Shown here piece by piece: positions 9,726 through 21,292 of a stretch of 64,000 bases of DNA. Within the stretch, counting starts at the first letter, position 1. Every line of letters starts with the position of its first letter. The translations under genes and the position numbers were made by a program. Under the pieces are notes generated by a model that saw nothing but the letters and a program-made list of their open reading frames with translations, was not told where the DNA came from and did not search any database. The DNA is from Candidatus Bathyarchaeota archaeon (GTDB lineage Archaea > Thermoproteota > Bathyarchaeia > 40CM-2-53-6), in assembly GCA_963706285.1 (NCBI GenBank), contig CAVPLU010000004.1, forward strand, positions 96,001 to 160,000, given 5' to 3'.

Positions 9726-11215
9726 CTATCCCTTTGTTACTCCGATTGGTGTGAGACGGCATACTTTGGTTGCGATGCCTACTTGGTGGCTGACTTCCAC
9801 TACGCGGTCAACATCTTTGTAGGCTCCTGGCGCTTCCTCAGTCACTGTTCCCATTTCGGCTGCTCGAATCATGATGCCCTTGTCTGCGAGTCCCTTCTTG
9901 ACTTCTTGTGGTCCCCATCGTCTCTTTGCGGCTGCTCTGCTCATCATGCGGCCTGCGCCGTGTGCGGTGGAGCCGAAGCTTAGTTCCATACTCTTCGCGG
10001 TTCCGACGAGTAGCCATGAGCTGGTTCCCATGCTGCCGGGGATGAGGACCGGTTGTCCGATCTCTCTGTACTCTGCTGGGATGTCGGAATGTCCTGGAGG
10101 AAACGCTCGCGTTGCGCCTTTACGGTGGACTATCACCTTTCGTTGATGTCCTTCTTGGTCAACCACGTGGTTCTCGATTTTCGCGACATTGTGGCATACA
10201 TCGTAGATCAGGTGCATGTCAAGCTGATCTGCGGTTTTTCCAAATGTCTTCTCGAAAGCTTCTCTCGTCCAGTGCGTGATCATTTGCCTGTTTACCCAAG
10301 CGAAATTGCATGCTGCACGCCATCGCTGGGAGGTAATCCTCTCCCTCTGGACTCTTCGAGGGAGCGCATGCGAGCTGTCGATCTGGCAAGTTGATGTGAT
10401 ACTTGCTCACGGCTCGTTCCATGACTCGAAGATAGTCACTGCATACTTGATGCCCGTATCCTCTGCTACCAGTGTGAACTAGGACTAGTATCTGTCCAGG
10501 GCGTTCTATTCCTAGATACTTCGCGACGCGTTCATCGAAGATCTTGTCCACTCTCTCTATCTCGAGAAAGTGGTTTCCGCTCCCGAGACTGCCGAGTTGG
10601 CGATGTCCCCTGCTCTTTGCGGTTGAGGAGACCTTGGAGGGGTCGGCCGATTCCATGCATCCGTTTTCTTCGCAATGGTTCTTGTCTTCAGACCATCCGT
10701 AGCCGTGATCAACTGCCCACTCGACTCCATCCGCCACCACCTTGTCAATCTCCCCCTGCGTAACACGGATTTTGCCGAGGCTCCCAAGACCTGATGGAAC
10801 ATTGTCAAACAATGCATCAAGCAGCTTCGAGAGGGCTGGTTTCATATCGTTCTCGTTGAGGTTCGTGCGAATGAGTCTGACGCCGCAATTTATGTCGTAG
10901 CCGACTCCCCCGGGGCTGATGACTCCTTCATCGTAGTCCATTGCCGCGACGCCGCCGATTGGAAAGCCATAGCCTTCGTGGCCGTCCGGCATCGTTATTG
11001 ACCATTTATGGATGCCGGGTAGAGTGGCGACGTTTGCACATTGTTCAAGCGTTGCATCTAGATCTCATTTTCTCGATGAGTGTCTTGTCAGCGTAGATTC
11101 TTCCGGCAACTTTCATGCCGGGTCTGAACGATTGGGGAATCTCCCACATGTACTCGTCGAGTTGCTTTAACTGAACACGTTCTGATGATCGCCCATAGGC
11201 GCCTTCGTCTGGCAA
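9726..11215 (-). CDS. rtcB: tRNA-splicing ligase RtcB (frameshifts ~11060 and ~10315)
   Basis: MPDGHEGYGFPIGGV, GVGYDINCGVR, LGSGNHFLE, HRKGATRAF, HGAGR, EEAPGAYKDV; N-terminus (YMWEIP..GMKVAGRIYA) lies in another frame. Confidence 0.93.
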
Positions 11216-11308
11216 GGTTTAGCACTGAGTCGCGTCATTCCGAGAACGCCGCGTATTTAGGTTTCGTTGACTTCGCCGATTCTCGCCTTTCCTGAAAGAT
11301 CCACTAGG

Positions 11309-12055
11309 CTAGAGGACCGCGATACGCTTGATGGCTGGAACAATGTCGGAAACTGAAGATACTGTGATGTCAGGTTCCACCTTGAGATCCAGTTTCATGG
11401 GGATCTCGTCGTTGCCGTCACCGAATATGACTCGGATTGTCTTGATGCCGAGAGGTTTAGCTCCAGCCACATCAGCCTCCATCGAGTTGCCGATCATCAC
11501 GGTGTCGCTTGCTCTGACACCGAGCAATTCGAGCATTTGCCTGAAAGGTTCCGGTCTAGGTTTTCGAATCCCAACTGCCGCCGAGGTCAAGATCGCGTCA
11601 AAGAACCTCGAAAGTCCCAGATGCTCCACGATTTCTCTGACGGCCCAGTCGTTTCTTGCGTTTGAAAGTAGCCCCAATTTCAATCCGAGATCGCGAACTT
11701 GCTGCAGCATTTCCGTGACTCCAGGGAAAAGCACCCAAGAGTCAACCTCAACAGCAAAGAATCTCTTCACTAGTTTCTCTATTTCGGGTCGCTGACTCGC
11801 TTTCACACCTAGCCTATCGAAGAGGTTGTTGAATGATGCCGCGATCTCAATCTCCTCAAGCGTGCGGCTAGCATATTCAGATTCCTCTTCATGCAGTTGC
11901 AGGTCTTCTCGCTTCAAGTTGTTGAGATCCAGTGTAACGCCGTGTTCCTTCAGAACTTCGTAGATGGCGCTAGTTCTGGCTTCTCTGATCTGATCCCAAG
12001 TCACGGTGAGATGTATTAGCGTCCCTCCGAGGTCGAATATCGCGCCCTTCAACAT
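11309..12055 (-). CDS. HAD-family hydrolase
   Basis: IFDLGGTL, LSNA, RKP, MIGNSMEADVAGA. Confidence 0.88.
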   Translation of the reverse strand: MLKGAIFDLGGTLIHLTVTWDQIREARTSAIYEVLKEHGVTLDLNNLKREDLQLHEEESEYASRTLEEIEIAASFNNLFDRLGVKASQRPEIEKLVKRFFAVEVDSWVLFPGVTEMLQQVRDLGLKLGLLSNARNDWAVREIVEHLGLSRFFDAILTSAAVGIRKPRPEPFRQMLELLGVRASDTVMIGNSMEADVAGAKPLGIKTIRVIFGDGNDEIPMKLDLKVEPDITVSSVSDIVPAIKRIAVL

Positions 12056-12163
12056 AGCGATCTCGCCGCAACCTCAAGATCGCATACTGATAATCATTGC
12101 CGCTCTGCAAAAGCAAGAGGATATCAGAGTATTCCACGTTAGAGTCTGCTGGGACGCATCCGC

Positions 12164-13501
12164 TTGAAACGATCGAACTCCACTTTCATACCGCTCGGCG
12201 GGGTTGGAGAAATAGGTGGTAACAAGTTCCTTGTTCAAGACGGAGATTCTAGGATTCTGCTAGATTTTGGGATGAGCTACGCAGATCGCAGAAGATTCTA
12301 TTCGGAACCTTTTCTCTCGCCGAGGGATGAAAAGGAACTGTTCGAGTTCGGAATGCTACCCAAGCTTCGTGGTTTGTACAAGTTCGAAGAATCTGAACCC
12401 GATATTCAAGGAGTCTTCTTGTCTCACTCACATGGTGACCATTCAGGTTGTATCTCGTTTCTCAACAGGAAGATCCCTGTCTACTGCGGAGAGACGACTG
12501 CGACGATTATCAAGGCACTTTACGAGACGCGAACCAAGACGTTGGAAGCCGACATTTCAGGTCTCAGGTTCAACACCTTCAGGACTGGATCGAAGATCAA
12601 ACTAGGATCCATTGAAGTTGAGCCGATACATGTGGATCATTCAGTGCCGGCCGCGTACGGGTTCATAGTCTACACGTCAGAAGGCACACTCGTCTACACA
12701 GGTGATCTTAGAGTTCATGGCACAAAGCCTCGAATGACGAATGATTTCCTCGAACGTGCACAACAAGAGAAGGCAGATGCGCTGCTGGCAGAAGGAACAA
12801 ACCTCATCGGCGCAACCCTGACCACAGAAACAGAAGTACAATCGAAGCTCTCCTCGATCGTACACGCAAGTTCAAAGCTTGTCCTGGCGGATTTCTCGAA
12901 TGTTGACGTGGATCGTTTCAGAACTTTCTACAATGTAGCCAAACAGAACGATCGGAAACTCGCAATTTCCCTCAGGCAAGCATACTTACTATCGAAGCTT
13001 GCCAAAGAAGGGCGAATCGATATTCCGGATGTTGCTAACGATCCGAACGTGGTCGTATACCAACGGCGGAAGAAGCGGTACTATGAATGGGAGAAGCGCG
13101 TGCTCTCATTCAAGAACGTGGTGGAAGCATCCGATATCAAGGGTACTCAGAGTAAGACGATTCTCGCGAGTTCAGCTAACTCTTTCAAGGAATTGGTGGA
13201 CATCCGTCCGGAACCGGGGAGTTGCTTCATTCTTTCTATCTCTGAACCATTCAATGAGGAGCAGGAATTCGAGTTTGAACGCGTAGTCAATTGGCTTGAC
13301 CACTTTGGATTGCCGATGTATCATGTGCACTGTTCAGGTCACATAATGCCTGAACAACTAAAGGCGGCCATATCCAGAATCGCTCCGAAGGTAATCTATC
13401 CGATACATACTGATCATCCTGAGTTGTATGCGAAGTTCGTCTCTGATGTGGCGAGCGTTACGGTACCTCAGAAGAACGTGGCTTATCCCGTGAGTTCGTG
13501 A
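12164..13501 (+). CDS. MBL-fold beta-CASP metallo-hydrolase (RNase J-like)
   Basis: PLGGVGEIGGN, LDFG, SHSHGDH, VDHS, YTGD, HCSGH, PIHT. Confidence 0.85.
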   Translation: MKRSNSTFIPLGGVGEIGGNKFLVQDGDSRILLDFGMSYADRRRFYSEPFLSPRDEKELFEFGMLPKLRGLYKFEESEPDIQGVFLSHSHGDHSGCISFLNRKIPVYCGETTATIIKALYETRTKTLEADISGLRFNTFRTGSKIKLGSIEVEPIHVDHSVPAAYGFIVYTSEGTLVYTGDLRVHGTKPRMTNDFLERAQQEKADALLAEGTNLIGATLTTETEVQSKLSSIVHASSKLVLADFSNVDVDRFRTFYNVAKQNDRKLAISLRQAYLLSKLAKEGRIDIPDVANDPNVVVYQRRKKRYYEWEKRVLSFKNVVEASDIKGTQSKTILASSANSFKELVDIRPEPGSCFILSISEPFNEEQEFEFERVVNWLDHFGLPMYHVHCSGHIMPEQLKAAISRIAPKVIYPIHTDHPELYAKFVSDVASVTVPQKNVAYPVSS

Positions 13502-13505
13502 AATG

Positions 13506-14021
13506 TTAGGTTCTCTCGAACTCGATTCTGAGGCTCATGTTTCGCAGTTGCTTAGCGAGACCTTTTGCTACTTCTAAGTCTACGGGCATTCTTCTCGGTT
13601 CTCGGCCGCTGAGTATTACTTTGGTCTCAGTGGTTCCGTCGGGAATCCAGATCGTGTTCAACGTCAAGATTGAGAGCGGGTTGAGAAGGTCTTCCAAGAA
13701 TTGTCGGTCGTCTCCTCCATAGCTGAGGATCTTCACTTTCTTTCCAAGCGAATCGGATATTGCGTGAACCGTCTTCGCTCCGTCTGAAAGGACCTTCCCC
13801 ATATCTCGTTTGTCGAGAAGAATTACCACGCTATTCTCTGCTTCGACAGCTTTCTGGTAAGTCACGTCTTGTAGTGCGGGATTCTGTTTCTCTAATTCGG
13901 TAAGGAGTCTAATGATTTTCAGGTCAAGATCCGTTATCTGACCTTTCTCAATCTTTTCTTGGCACTTGCGGCAAAATGTGCCGCTCTTGACGCAGAAAGC
14001 GTCCAGAATCGTTTTGACCAT
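13506..14021 (-). CDS. Archaeal NusA-like KH-domain protein
   Basis: N-terminal FCVKSGTFCRKCQEK, then a KH-like region typical of this family. Confidence 0.7.
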   Translation of the reverse strand: MVKTILDAFCVKSGTFCRKCQEKIEKGQITDLDLKIIRLLTELEKQNPALQDVTYQKAVEAENSVVILLDKRDMGKVLSDGAKTVHAISDSLGKKVKILSYGGDDRQFLEDLLNPLSILTLNTIWIPDGTTETKVILSGREPRRMPVDLEVAKGLAKQLRNMSLRIEFERT

Positions 14022-14239
14022 GCATCTTCATCGTTTCGTTGCCCTTGGCTGTGGCTTCGACATCTCACTCCATAGAGCGAAATGTTTCATCGAGAAGGTA
14101 CGAGTCTGCAACGCTAATTAAGTTTGCTCGCACTTCTCAGTCCGAAACGTCACCAAGCAACACGGAATTCAGCGATTGATGCCGGAAGGCGTTATATCAA
14201 CCAACCAGAAACATTAGATCGCTATCGGAAACTGACGTA

Positions 14240-15400
14240 TTGAAGGTGAGAGGGCTGAAGATCTTCGAGTATGAAGCGAAGCGAATTGCCTCCCAATACG
14301 GTCTGCATGTGCCTCTTGGATATTTGGCGTCCAGCCCTCAGGAAGCAAGAGACGTCGCACAGAAACTCGCCTGCCCAGTAGTGGTGAAGGCGCAGGTTCT
14401 TGTTGCGGGTAGAGGAAAAGCAGGTGGAATAAAGCTCGCCGATACACCTGATGACGCCGAAAAGGCCGCATCCACTATCCTCGGATCCAAGATCAAAGGC
14501 GAGAAAGTCTCTAAACTGCTAGTCGAGAAGAGACTCGATATTGCACGTGAGCTCTACGTTAGCTTGGTCGTTGATCGTTCAGCCAAGTGTTACACTCTGC
14601 TCGCGTCTCAGGTGGGAGGTGTCGACATTGAAGAGGTTGCGCAGAAGACACCTGAAAAGATAATCAAGCGTCCCATCGAGGCGGGAAGAGCTGTGGAAGT
14701 GTTTCAGGCTCGCGAGTTGGCGCAATCGCTCGGATACAAGGGAACCCAAGTCGTGGAACTCGGCGCCTTCATCAAGGAGTTGTGCTTGGCGGCGAATGAG
14801 TATGACTGCGAGCTCGCTGAGTCGAACCCGTTGGTCGAAACGAAAGATGGAGAGTTTGTTGCCGCAGATCTCCGAATGATCGTTGACGACAACGCATTGT
14901 TCAGGCACAAGCCCCTGCTTGAGGAGACAAGAGATGTGGAAGATGAGCTGCCGCCGCTCGAAGTGAAGGCGCGTGAGAAGGGGCTCGCCTATGTTGAGCT
15001 CGACGGTGACGTGGGGATAGTTGGCAACGGCGCAGGCCTGGTGATGGCAACTCTAGACATGATTCAGGACTATGGTGGTCGACCTGCCAACTTTTGCGAT
15101 GTGGGCGGAGGCGCAGGCGCACAGCGAATCGCGGATGCGCTTGAAGTGGTCTTGGGCAATCCGAAGGTGAGGGTGCTCTTCCTGAACATTATGGGCGGGA
15201 TCACGCGTTGCGATGATGTTGCCAAAGGGTTACTTGAAGTTCGCAAGAAGATGGGACTCACGAAACCAACGGTCATTAGGCTTGTGGGAACAAACGAAGA
15301 AGAAGGTCGCAAGATCCTCCAAGAGGCCGGGATACCTTCGTTGGAAACGATGGAGGATGCTGCTGCGAAAGCAGTGGAGCTAGCGAAGGGAGCGAAATAG
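14240..15400 (+). CDS. sucC: Succinyl-CoA synthetase beta subunit
   Basis: [50 protein letters not shown]. Confidence 0.95.
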   Translation: MKVRGLKIFEYEAKRIASQYGLHVPLGYLASSPQEARDVAQKLACPVVVKAQVLVAGRGKAGGIKLADTPDDAEKAASTILGSKIKGEKVSKLLVEKRLDIARELYVSLVVDRSAKCYTLLASQVGGVDIEEVAQKTPEKIIKRPIEAGRAVEVFQARELAQSLGYKGTQVVELGAFIKELCLAANEYDCELAESNPLVETKDGEFVAADLRMIVDDNALFRHKPLLEETRDVEDELPPLEVKAREKGLAYVELDGDVGIVGNGAGLVMATLDMIQDYGGRPANFCDVGGGAGAQRIADALEVVLGNPKVRVLFLNIMGGITRCDDVAKGLLEVRKKMGLTKPTVIRLVGTNEEEGRKILQEAGIPSLETMEDAAAKAVELAKGAK

Positions 15401-15401
15401 T

Positions 15402-16268
15402 TTGGCAATACTGGTTGGTTCGGGGACAAGGGCGATCGTCCAGAATATCACAGGCTCCCAAGGCATGTTTCACACAAAGCTAATGCTTGAATACGGTACC
15501 AAGATTGTGGGAGGCGCCACTCCCGGCAAGGGCGGCGTGCAGGTCGAAGGTGTCCCAGTCTTCGATACAGTGAAGGAAGCGGTATCGGGGACAGGAGCTA
15601 ATGCGTCAATAATTTTCGTTCCAGCTCCCTTTGCTCGCGATGCCACGCTTGAGGCGATCTCAAACGGACTGAATCCGATCGTAGTAATTACTGAAGGAAT
15701 CCCAATTAGAGATGCGATAGATATTATGGCTCAAGCGAAAGAGAGAGGTTGCGTCATAATTGGTCCTAACACCCCAGGCATCATCGCGCCACGCGAGTGC
15801 AAACTTGGCATAATGCCGTCCCACGTGTTCAAGGAAGGCGGAGTTGGTCTGGCCTCCCGAAGCGGAACCTTGACCTACGAAATTGCCGCAAGCCTCAGCA
15901 GAGCTGGCCTTGGGCAATCCACCTGCCTCGGACTCGGCGGTGACCCGATCGTGGGTCTCAGCTTTGTAGACATCTTGGAGATGTTCAGAAAGGATCCGCA
16001 GACGAAATCAGTCGCATTGGTTGGAGAAATTGGTGGCAACGCTGAGGAACTGGCCGCCCAGTATATTATAGACACCAAATACCCGAAGCCTGTGGCTGCC
16101 TACATTGCCGGCAGATCAGCTCCACCAGGAAAACGGATGGGTCACGCGGGAGCAATAATAATGGGTAGAAGCGGAACTGCAGAGTCCAAGATCGATGCCC
16201 TGAAGAGTGCAGGAGTAAGAGTGGCTCTCAAACCTGGAGAGATCGCCACGCTCCTTGCGAAGAAATGA
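15402..16268 (+). CDS. sucD: Succinyl-CoA synthetase alpha subunit
   Basis: [29 protein letters not shown]. Confidence 0.95.
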   Translation: MAILVGSGTRAIVQNITGSQGMFHTKLMLEYGTKIVGGATPGKGGVQVEGVPVFDTVKEAVSGTGANASIIFVPAPFARDATLEAISNGLNPIVVITEGIPIRDAIDIMAQAKERGCVIIGPNTPGIIAPRECKLGIMPSHVFKEGGVGLASRSGTLTYEIAASLSRAGLGQSTCLGLGGDPIVGLSFVDILEMFRKDPQTKSVALVGEIGGNAEELAAQYIIDTKYPKPVAAYIAGRSAPPGKRMGHAGAIIMGRSGTAESKIDALKSAGVRVALKPGEIATLLAKK

Positions 16269-16281
16269 CGAGGCACAACAA

Positions 16282-17601
16282 ATGACGCTGGATCGTCTAG
16301 GTGATTGGAGAAGAACACACTATTCTGCCCAACTGACTCCGGAGCAGAATGGCCAAGAGGTTACTCTGTTCGGTTGGGTCGAGGACATACGTGACCTTGG
16401 CAATCTCACTTTTCTCACCTTGCGCGACCGAGAAGGCATAGTCCAGATCACGATTTTCAAGAAGAATGCCTCACCCAACGTATTGGACAGGCTAGCATCG
16501 ATTGGCAAGCAATACGCAATAGGCGTGCGAGGAAACGTCAAGGCTCGAAAAGAGGCTCCCCGCGGCGTCGAAGTTGCTCCCACTGATATGAAGATCCTTG
16601 GTGATGTTGTATATCCACTCCCCTTGGATCCTACGGGTCGGGTTCCCGCTGATATTGATGTTCGACTTGACGCTCGAGTGATGGACCTCAGGAGAAGTAC
16701 TTCACGAGCGATCTTCAAGATACGCCACGAGATCCTACGTGCCGCAAGAGAGTTTCTCATCGGTGACGATTTCACGGAGATTCAAACGCCCAGATTGATC
16801 GGTTCAGCTACTGAGGGAGGAGCCGCACTTTTCTCACTGGACTACTTCGGCCAGAAAGCGTACTTGGCTCAGAGCCCCCAACTGTACAAAGAACAGTTGA
16901 CATCGGTCTTCGAGAAGGTCTTCGAGATCGGGCCTTTCTTCCGAGCTGAGCAATCGCGCACGAGGAGACACATTAGTGAATTCACATCTCTGGACGTAGA
17001 GTGTGCTTTCATGAACCAAAAGGGCGTTCTTGAGATTCTCGAACGCCTCGTTCACGAAGTATACACGTCGATTGCAGGCCGTTGCTCAAGAGAACTCGAA
17101 ACGCTGAACATTCACCTTGAGGTGCCGACACTACCCTTCAGACGCCTCACCTACGATGAGATCATAGGTGCGCTTTCGAGGGAAGGTGTCGAGATCAAGT
17201 GGGGAGAAGATATTCCGACAGCCGCCGAGAAGAAACTTGGCGAACTCTATCCAGGATACTACTTCCTAACGGACTGGCCATCAGCGACTAAGCCATTCTA
17301 TATTTCACCGCGAGAGGATGATGAGAAGTACTCTGATTCGTTTGACATGATGTGCGGCGCACTCGAGCTTGCTTCAGGTGGTACTCGAGTTCACGAATAT
17401 TCTGTGCTGCTTGGGAGATTGAAGGCGCAGGGTCTTGATCCGGAAGGTTTCAAGGATCATCTCGCCGTTTTTCGCATGGGCCTCGCCCCCCACGCTGGAT
17501 GGGCGATCGGTCTTGACAGACTTGTGATGCTGATTACAGGCGCCGAGAATATCAGAGAATGTATCTTCTACCCAAGAGATCGAGACCGATTGCGTCCCTA
17601 G
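16282..17601 (+). CDS. aspS: Aspartyl-tRNA synthetase, archaeal type (probably non-discriminating)
   Basis: RRTHY, QSPQLYK, FRAE, GWAIGLDR, YPRD; Pro in the KEAPRG loop is a non-discriminating hallmark. Confidence 0.93.
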   Translation: MTLDRLGDWRRTHYSAQLTPEQNGQEVTLFGWVEDIRDLGNLTFLTLRDREGIVQITIFKKNASPNVLDRLASIGKQYAIGVRGNVKARKEAPRGVEVAPTDMKILGDVVYPLPLDPTGRVPADIDVRLDARVMDLRRSTSRAIFKIRHEILRAAREFLIGDDFTEIQTPRLIGSATEGGAALFSLDYFGQKAYLAQSPQLYKEQLTSVFEKVFEIGPFFRAEQSRTRRHISEFTSLDVECAFMNQKGVLEILERLVHEVYTSIAGRCSRELETLNIHLEVPTLPFRRLTYDEIIGALSREGVEIKWGEDIPTAAEKKLGELYPGYYFLTDWPSATKPFYISPREDDEKYSDSFDMMCGALELASGGTRVHEYSVLLGRLKAQGLDPEGFKDHLAVFRMGLAPHAGWAIGLDRLVMLITGAENIRECIFYPRDRDRLRP

Positions 17602-17850
17602 ACTAGTTCGGTAAGACGTGGTCTGTGGTCACAAACCAAACGGGCCAATCAGAATCAGGAAAAGCAACTGCGGATCGACATTCTCTGACTGCGACTAGCT
17701 GACTGAGCCGATTTTGAAACAATTAAGCGCTCTTCCATTTGACGCTGTCAAGAATCAGCGATCAGTTGCGGGACTCTGGCAAGAGGGCTGTCGTCATGGC
17801 GTAGTGATGCCACGCTTGTGAAGCTCTTTCTTGTTTGACTAAGCTTCGAT

Positions 17851-18523
17851 CTAGCAGCAGGATGGGGACAACGTAATCTGAGTGACAATCTGACCCCCCT
17901 GGAGATCGTACTTGAGAACTTCAGCCGGATCTGTGGTCCCTGGTGGACCGTGTCCGTGTATCGTCGGCGGTCCCATGCCCACAACGTAGATGTCCCCTGT
18001 AGCTTGGTCATACTCGAGCATGACTCGTGGAACAGGGAAAGGAGCAGGTCCTCCAATTACCCTGCCATTGTGAACGAAATCAAACTGCGAATTGTGGCAG
18101 CCACAGAAGCCTTCAGGCGGATTGGAGGCTGCGGCACCGGGCGGCAAGAAGTTGAAGACGCAGCCTTGGTGTTGGCATAGGCTGCTGAAGGCAACGATAT
18201 CGCCATCCGGCCCGACTCCATTGTCAGCCTTCACGCCGAGCTTGACGAGGATGTTGGAGGTACCAACCATAGGATAGTCAAACGAGAGCGCTTTCAGCGG
18301 CTGCAGCGACTTTGCATTAGTCGCTATTAGTCTGGGCCATGCGAGTGACATAGTGGTAGAAGTAGCTCCAGTAGTACCCGTGCTCGTGGTGGAGGAAGGA
18401 GCCTCAGGACTCCCGGAAAAGATTCTGAAAGTGCCTGCTACCACAGCTGCGATTGCCTAGGATTCCAGCGCCAATTACTATCTTGAGGGTTCTTCTTCTA
18501 CTATTCTGTTCAGTAGATTTCAT
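17851..18523 (-). CDS. Stand-alone Tat-exported Rieske protein (AioB/SoxL-like; frameshift ~18460)
   Basis: MKSTEQNSRRRTLK in the upstream frame; Thr/Ser linker; GVGPDGDIVAFS, CQHQGC, CGCHNSQFD. Confidence 0.85.
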
Positions 18524-18774
18524 CAAGAGCCACCTTGACGCGTTCGGCAGATAGTGGAATCACTTCTAATTAAGGTGAGTCAATCACCAGGATAACCGAG
18601 AATGATCCGTTTTCTTGGAAAGCCACTCCGCTTAAGTAGAGGCATGCCGTACGCACGGCGGCCGTGAAATAATGTCTCACTCGCATCTGAGATCTGAGAT
18701 AGACCTCAACGATATTACGTTTGGATTGAGAAGGTGCGAGCGGGAATGTGTTATGCGCGGCAGGCTCGCTTGAA

Positions 18775-19932
18775 ATGGTCACTAAAGAGAGCATTATGCA
18801 AGTCCTCAAGACAGTGAACGACCCGGAAATCGGCGCCAGTATTGTGAATTTGGGCATGGTTCGGGCGGTTGAAGTGCGAGGAAGCAAAGTCGACATTCAG
18901 ATTGCGCTGACAGTTCCCAACTGCCCAGCCAGGACGACGATTAAGGATGATGTGGTGAAAGCTGTCTCAAAGATAGAGGGCGTTGCAGGGGTTGATGTGC
19001 AATTCGCCTCAATGACAGATCAAGAAAGAGGCAAGCTCTCACAGACGACGGCAAATCGCCCTCCCGTGGAGCAGAGCAATTCTCAGCAGATATCGAGTTC
19101 TAAATTCATGGGAATCGACAAGCTTCCAAAGCGAAAATTCCGCCAGATCATAGCAATCACTTCAGGGAAAGGAGGAGTCGGGAAATCCTTGGTGACAGGC
19201 TTGCTGGCTGTTGAGCTTCGTAGGCACGGTTTCTCGGTCGGCATTCTTGACGCGGATTTGACTGGAGCTAGTATTGGGAAGATTTTCGGAATAAAGGACC
19301 GACCGATTTGGACATCGGCCACCCCAGCTCCACCGGCAAGTGGAACAGGCATTAAGTTGGCTTCAATGGGGTTTCTCTTGGATCGCGAAGATGCAGCTTT
19401 GATTTGGCGCGGCCCGTTGATCAACAGCGCTATTCGCCAATTCTACAGTGACTTCGAATGGGGAGATGTTGACTTTCTGCTCGTGGATTTGCCTCCGGGG
19501 ACATCTGATGCTCCGCTCTCGGTTTTTCAGTCTCTTCCGCTTGACGCGGCGCTGATAGTCTCCTCACCGCAAGAGCTGGCTGTTATGATTGTTGGCAAGG
19601 CAATCAACTTGGCTAAGACGATGCAGATTCCCATCCTAGGCCTTGTTGAGAATATGAGTTTCGCGACTTGTCCAGATTGCGGAAGGAGAATCGATCTATT
19701 CGGAAGATCGAAAGGCCAAGAAGCTTCCAAAGCCGCCGGCATAGAATTTCTCGGCTCGATACCGGTTAATCCGATGATATCGCAACTCTGCGACGAAGGG
19801 AAGATTGAAGATTTCAAGAGTCCAGAATTCGCGGCGATAGCCCATAGGGTGATTGAGAAGATGAAACAGCTCAAAGCGATTCAGGAGCCGAAAGGCACTG
19901 ATAAGTCGCCTGAGAAGGATTCAGGGAGGTGA
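18775..19932 (+). CDS. mrp: Mrp/NBP35 Fe-S carrier ATPase with N-terminal DUF59 domain
   Basis: VNDPE, LTVPNCP; SGKGGVGKS, DLPPGTSD, ENMS..CPDCG. Confidence 0.9.
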   Translation: MVTKESIMQVLKTVNDPEIGASIVNLGMVRAVEVRGSKVDIQIALTVPNCPARTTIKDDVVKAVSKIEGVAGVDVQFASMTDQERGKLSQTTANRPPVEQSNSQQISSSKFMGIDKLPKRKFRQIIAITSGKGGVGKSLVTGLLAVELRRHGFSVGILDADLTGASIGKIFGIKDRPIWTSATPAPPASGTGIKLASMGFLLDREDAALIWRGPLINSAIRQFYSDFEWGDVDFLLVDLPPGTSDAPLSVFQSLPLDAALIVSSPQELAVMIVGKAINLAKTMQIPILGLVENMSFATCPDCGRRIDLFGRSKGQEASKAAGIEFLGSIPVNPMISQLCDEGKIEDFKSPEFAAIAHRVIEKMKQLKAIQEPKGTDKSPEKDSGR

Positions 19933-20234
19933 CTTGTTTGGTCACTATGGAAGATATTGTGAAAGCGCTCAAGGAATGCTACGACCCTGAGATACCAGTC
20001 AACGTCTGGGATCTAGGCCTGATCTACGACGTGAACGTGGATGGAGACAAAGTGCATGTGAAGATGACGCTCACCGCGCCAGGATGCCCGATGCACTCGT
20101 TCATCTCAAAAGAGGTCAAAGAAAAGATCCAAAGCGTAAGCGGAGTGAAAGAAGCAAGTGTCGAGGTTGTCTGGGATCCGCCTTGGAGTCCTGACAAGAT
20201 GAGCCCAGAAGCCCGAGCCCAACTTGGCGTCTAG
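19929..20234 (+). CDS. DUF59/SufT-like Fe-S assembly protein
   Basis: DPEIPVNVWDLGLIY, TLTAPGCP, VWDPPW. Confidence 0.9.
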   Translation: MTCLVTMEDIVKALKECYDPEIPVNVWDLGLIYDVNVDGDKVHVKMTLTAPGCPMHSFISKEVKEKIQSVSGVKEASVEVVWDPPWSPDKMSPEARAQLGV

Positions 20235-20285
20235 AGCGGCTTGGAAGTCTGGAGTGTAGCAGAAACTCGATCGTGAGCGTTGGAG

Positions 20286-20450
20286 CTACTTGGCTCCGAG
20301 CTCACGTTTCTTCCAGCGAAGGTTGTGACCCTTACACTTACGGCAACCTGTCGCCGCTTTCGCGTTTCTCGCTCCGCAGTCGCGACACACCTTATAGTGT
20401 AGTCTATGTTCCTGTGCAAGTTGTTTCTTGGCTACGTCTGTTATCGGCAA
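20286..20450 (-). CDS. rpl40e: 50S ribosomal protein L40e
   Basis: MPITD...KVCRDCGARN..A..CRKC...NLRWKK. Confidence 0.93.
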   Translation of the reverse strand: MPITDVAKKQLAQEHRLHYKVCRDCGARNAKAATGCRKCKGHNLRWKKRELGAK

Positions 20451-20530
20451 TGCTGGATCGCCTTGAGGCTTCGGCCTTACTGCCAAGGGCTCAGATATAT
20501 CTTCTGCGAAGTTCTCTCAGGCTGTGTCAA

Positions 20531-21160
20531 TTGGAGGATTCGCCGACGAGCGATAGCGTAGAGTCGAGCATTCGAGACCTTCACGGGAAGATCTCGGTTT
20601 GCACGCTTTGTCGGCTCTCGCAGACTCGGCAGAAGGCGGTTCCTGGAGAGGGGCCTGCGAACGCAAAGGTCATTTTGATCGGTGAGGGGCCAGGCCGGCA
20701 GGAAGATCTTGAAGGTCGCCCCTTCGTCGGCAGAGCTGGCAAATTCCTAGACGAATGTCTCAAATCGATCGGTCTCCAGCGAGAACAAATATTCGTCACA
20801 AATATCGTCAAATGTCGCCCCACCGAGAAAGCTCGCAACTGGGTTAAAGATCGAAAACCCGCCACGGATGAGATAGACGCCTGCAAACCCTACTTGGACA
20901 AGCAAATCGAACTTCTCAAGCCAGAGGTCATTTGCACGCTCGGCGACACAGCAAGGTCCCAGATCTTCAAGCGATTCGGGTTAGAAGAGGACACAATCGG
21001 GCACGTGCATGGGCGCTTGTTTCTGGCAGGGAGCATGAGGATAGCGCCTCTGTATCATCCCGCGGCGGCGCTTTATGACAACAGCCTCCGCCAAATAATC
21101 ATGATCGACTTCCAGAATCTACGACAAGTGCTTTCGCAGAGCAAGCTCACAAACTTCTAA
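20531..21160 (+). CDS. udg: Uracil-DNA glycosylase family 4
   Basis: CTLCRL, GEGPG, GRPFVG, NIVKCRP, YHPAA. Confidence 0.92.
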   Translation: MEDSPTSDSVESSIRDLHGKISVCTLCRLSQTRQKAVPGEGPANAKVILIGEGPGRQEDLEGRPFVGRAGKFLDECLKSIGLQREQIFVTNIVKCRPTEKARNWVKDRKPATDEIDACKPYLDKQIELLKPEVICTLGDTARSQIFKRFGLEEDTIGHVHGRLFLAGSMRIAPLYHPAAALYDNSLRQIIMIDFQNLRQVLSQSKLTNF

Positions 21161-21191
21161 AGCATAGATCAGCAAGAGAAACACTATGAAT

Positions 21192-21292
21192 GGGCCGGTA
21201 GTCCAGCTCGGTTAAGTGACGCTGCCCTCACACCCACACGTGAACGGTGAGAACGGCAGAGGTCGAGGGTTCAAATCCCTCCCGGCCCACCA
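21192..21292 (+). tRNA. tRNA-Val(CAC) with canonical 37/38 intron (21233-21253, 21 nt) and encoded CCA
   Basis: Acceptor GGGCCGG/CCGGCCC, anticodon stem CTGCC/GGCAG, T arm GAGGG-TTCAAAT-CCCTC; BHB central helix CTCA/TGAG with CA|C and AA|C bulges. Confidence 0.95.
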
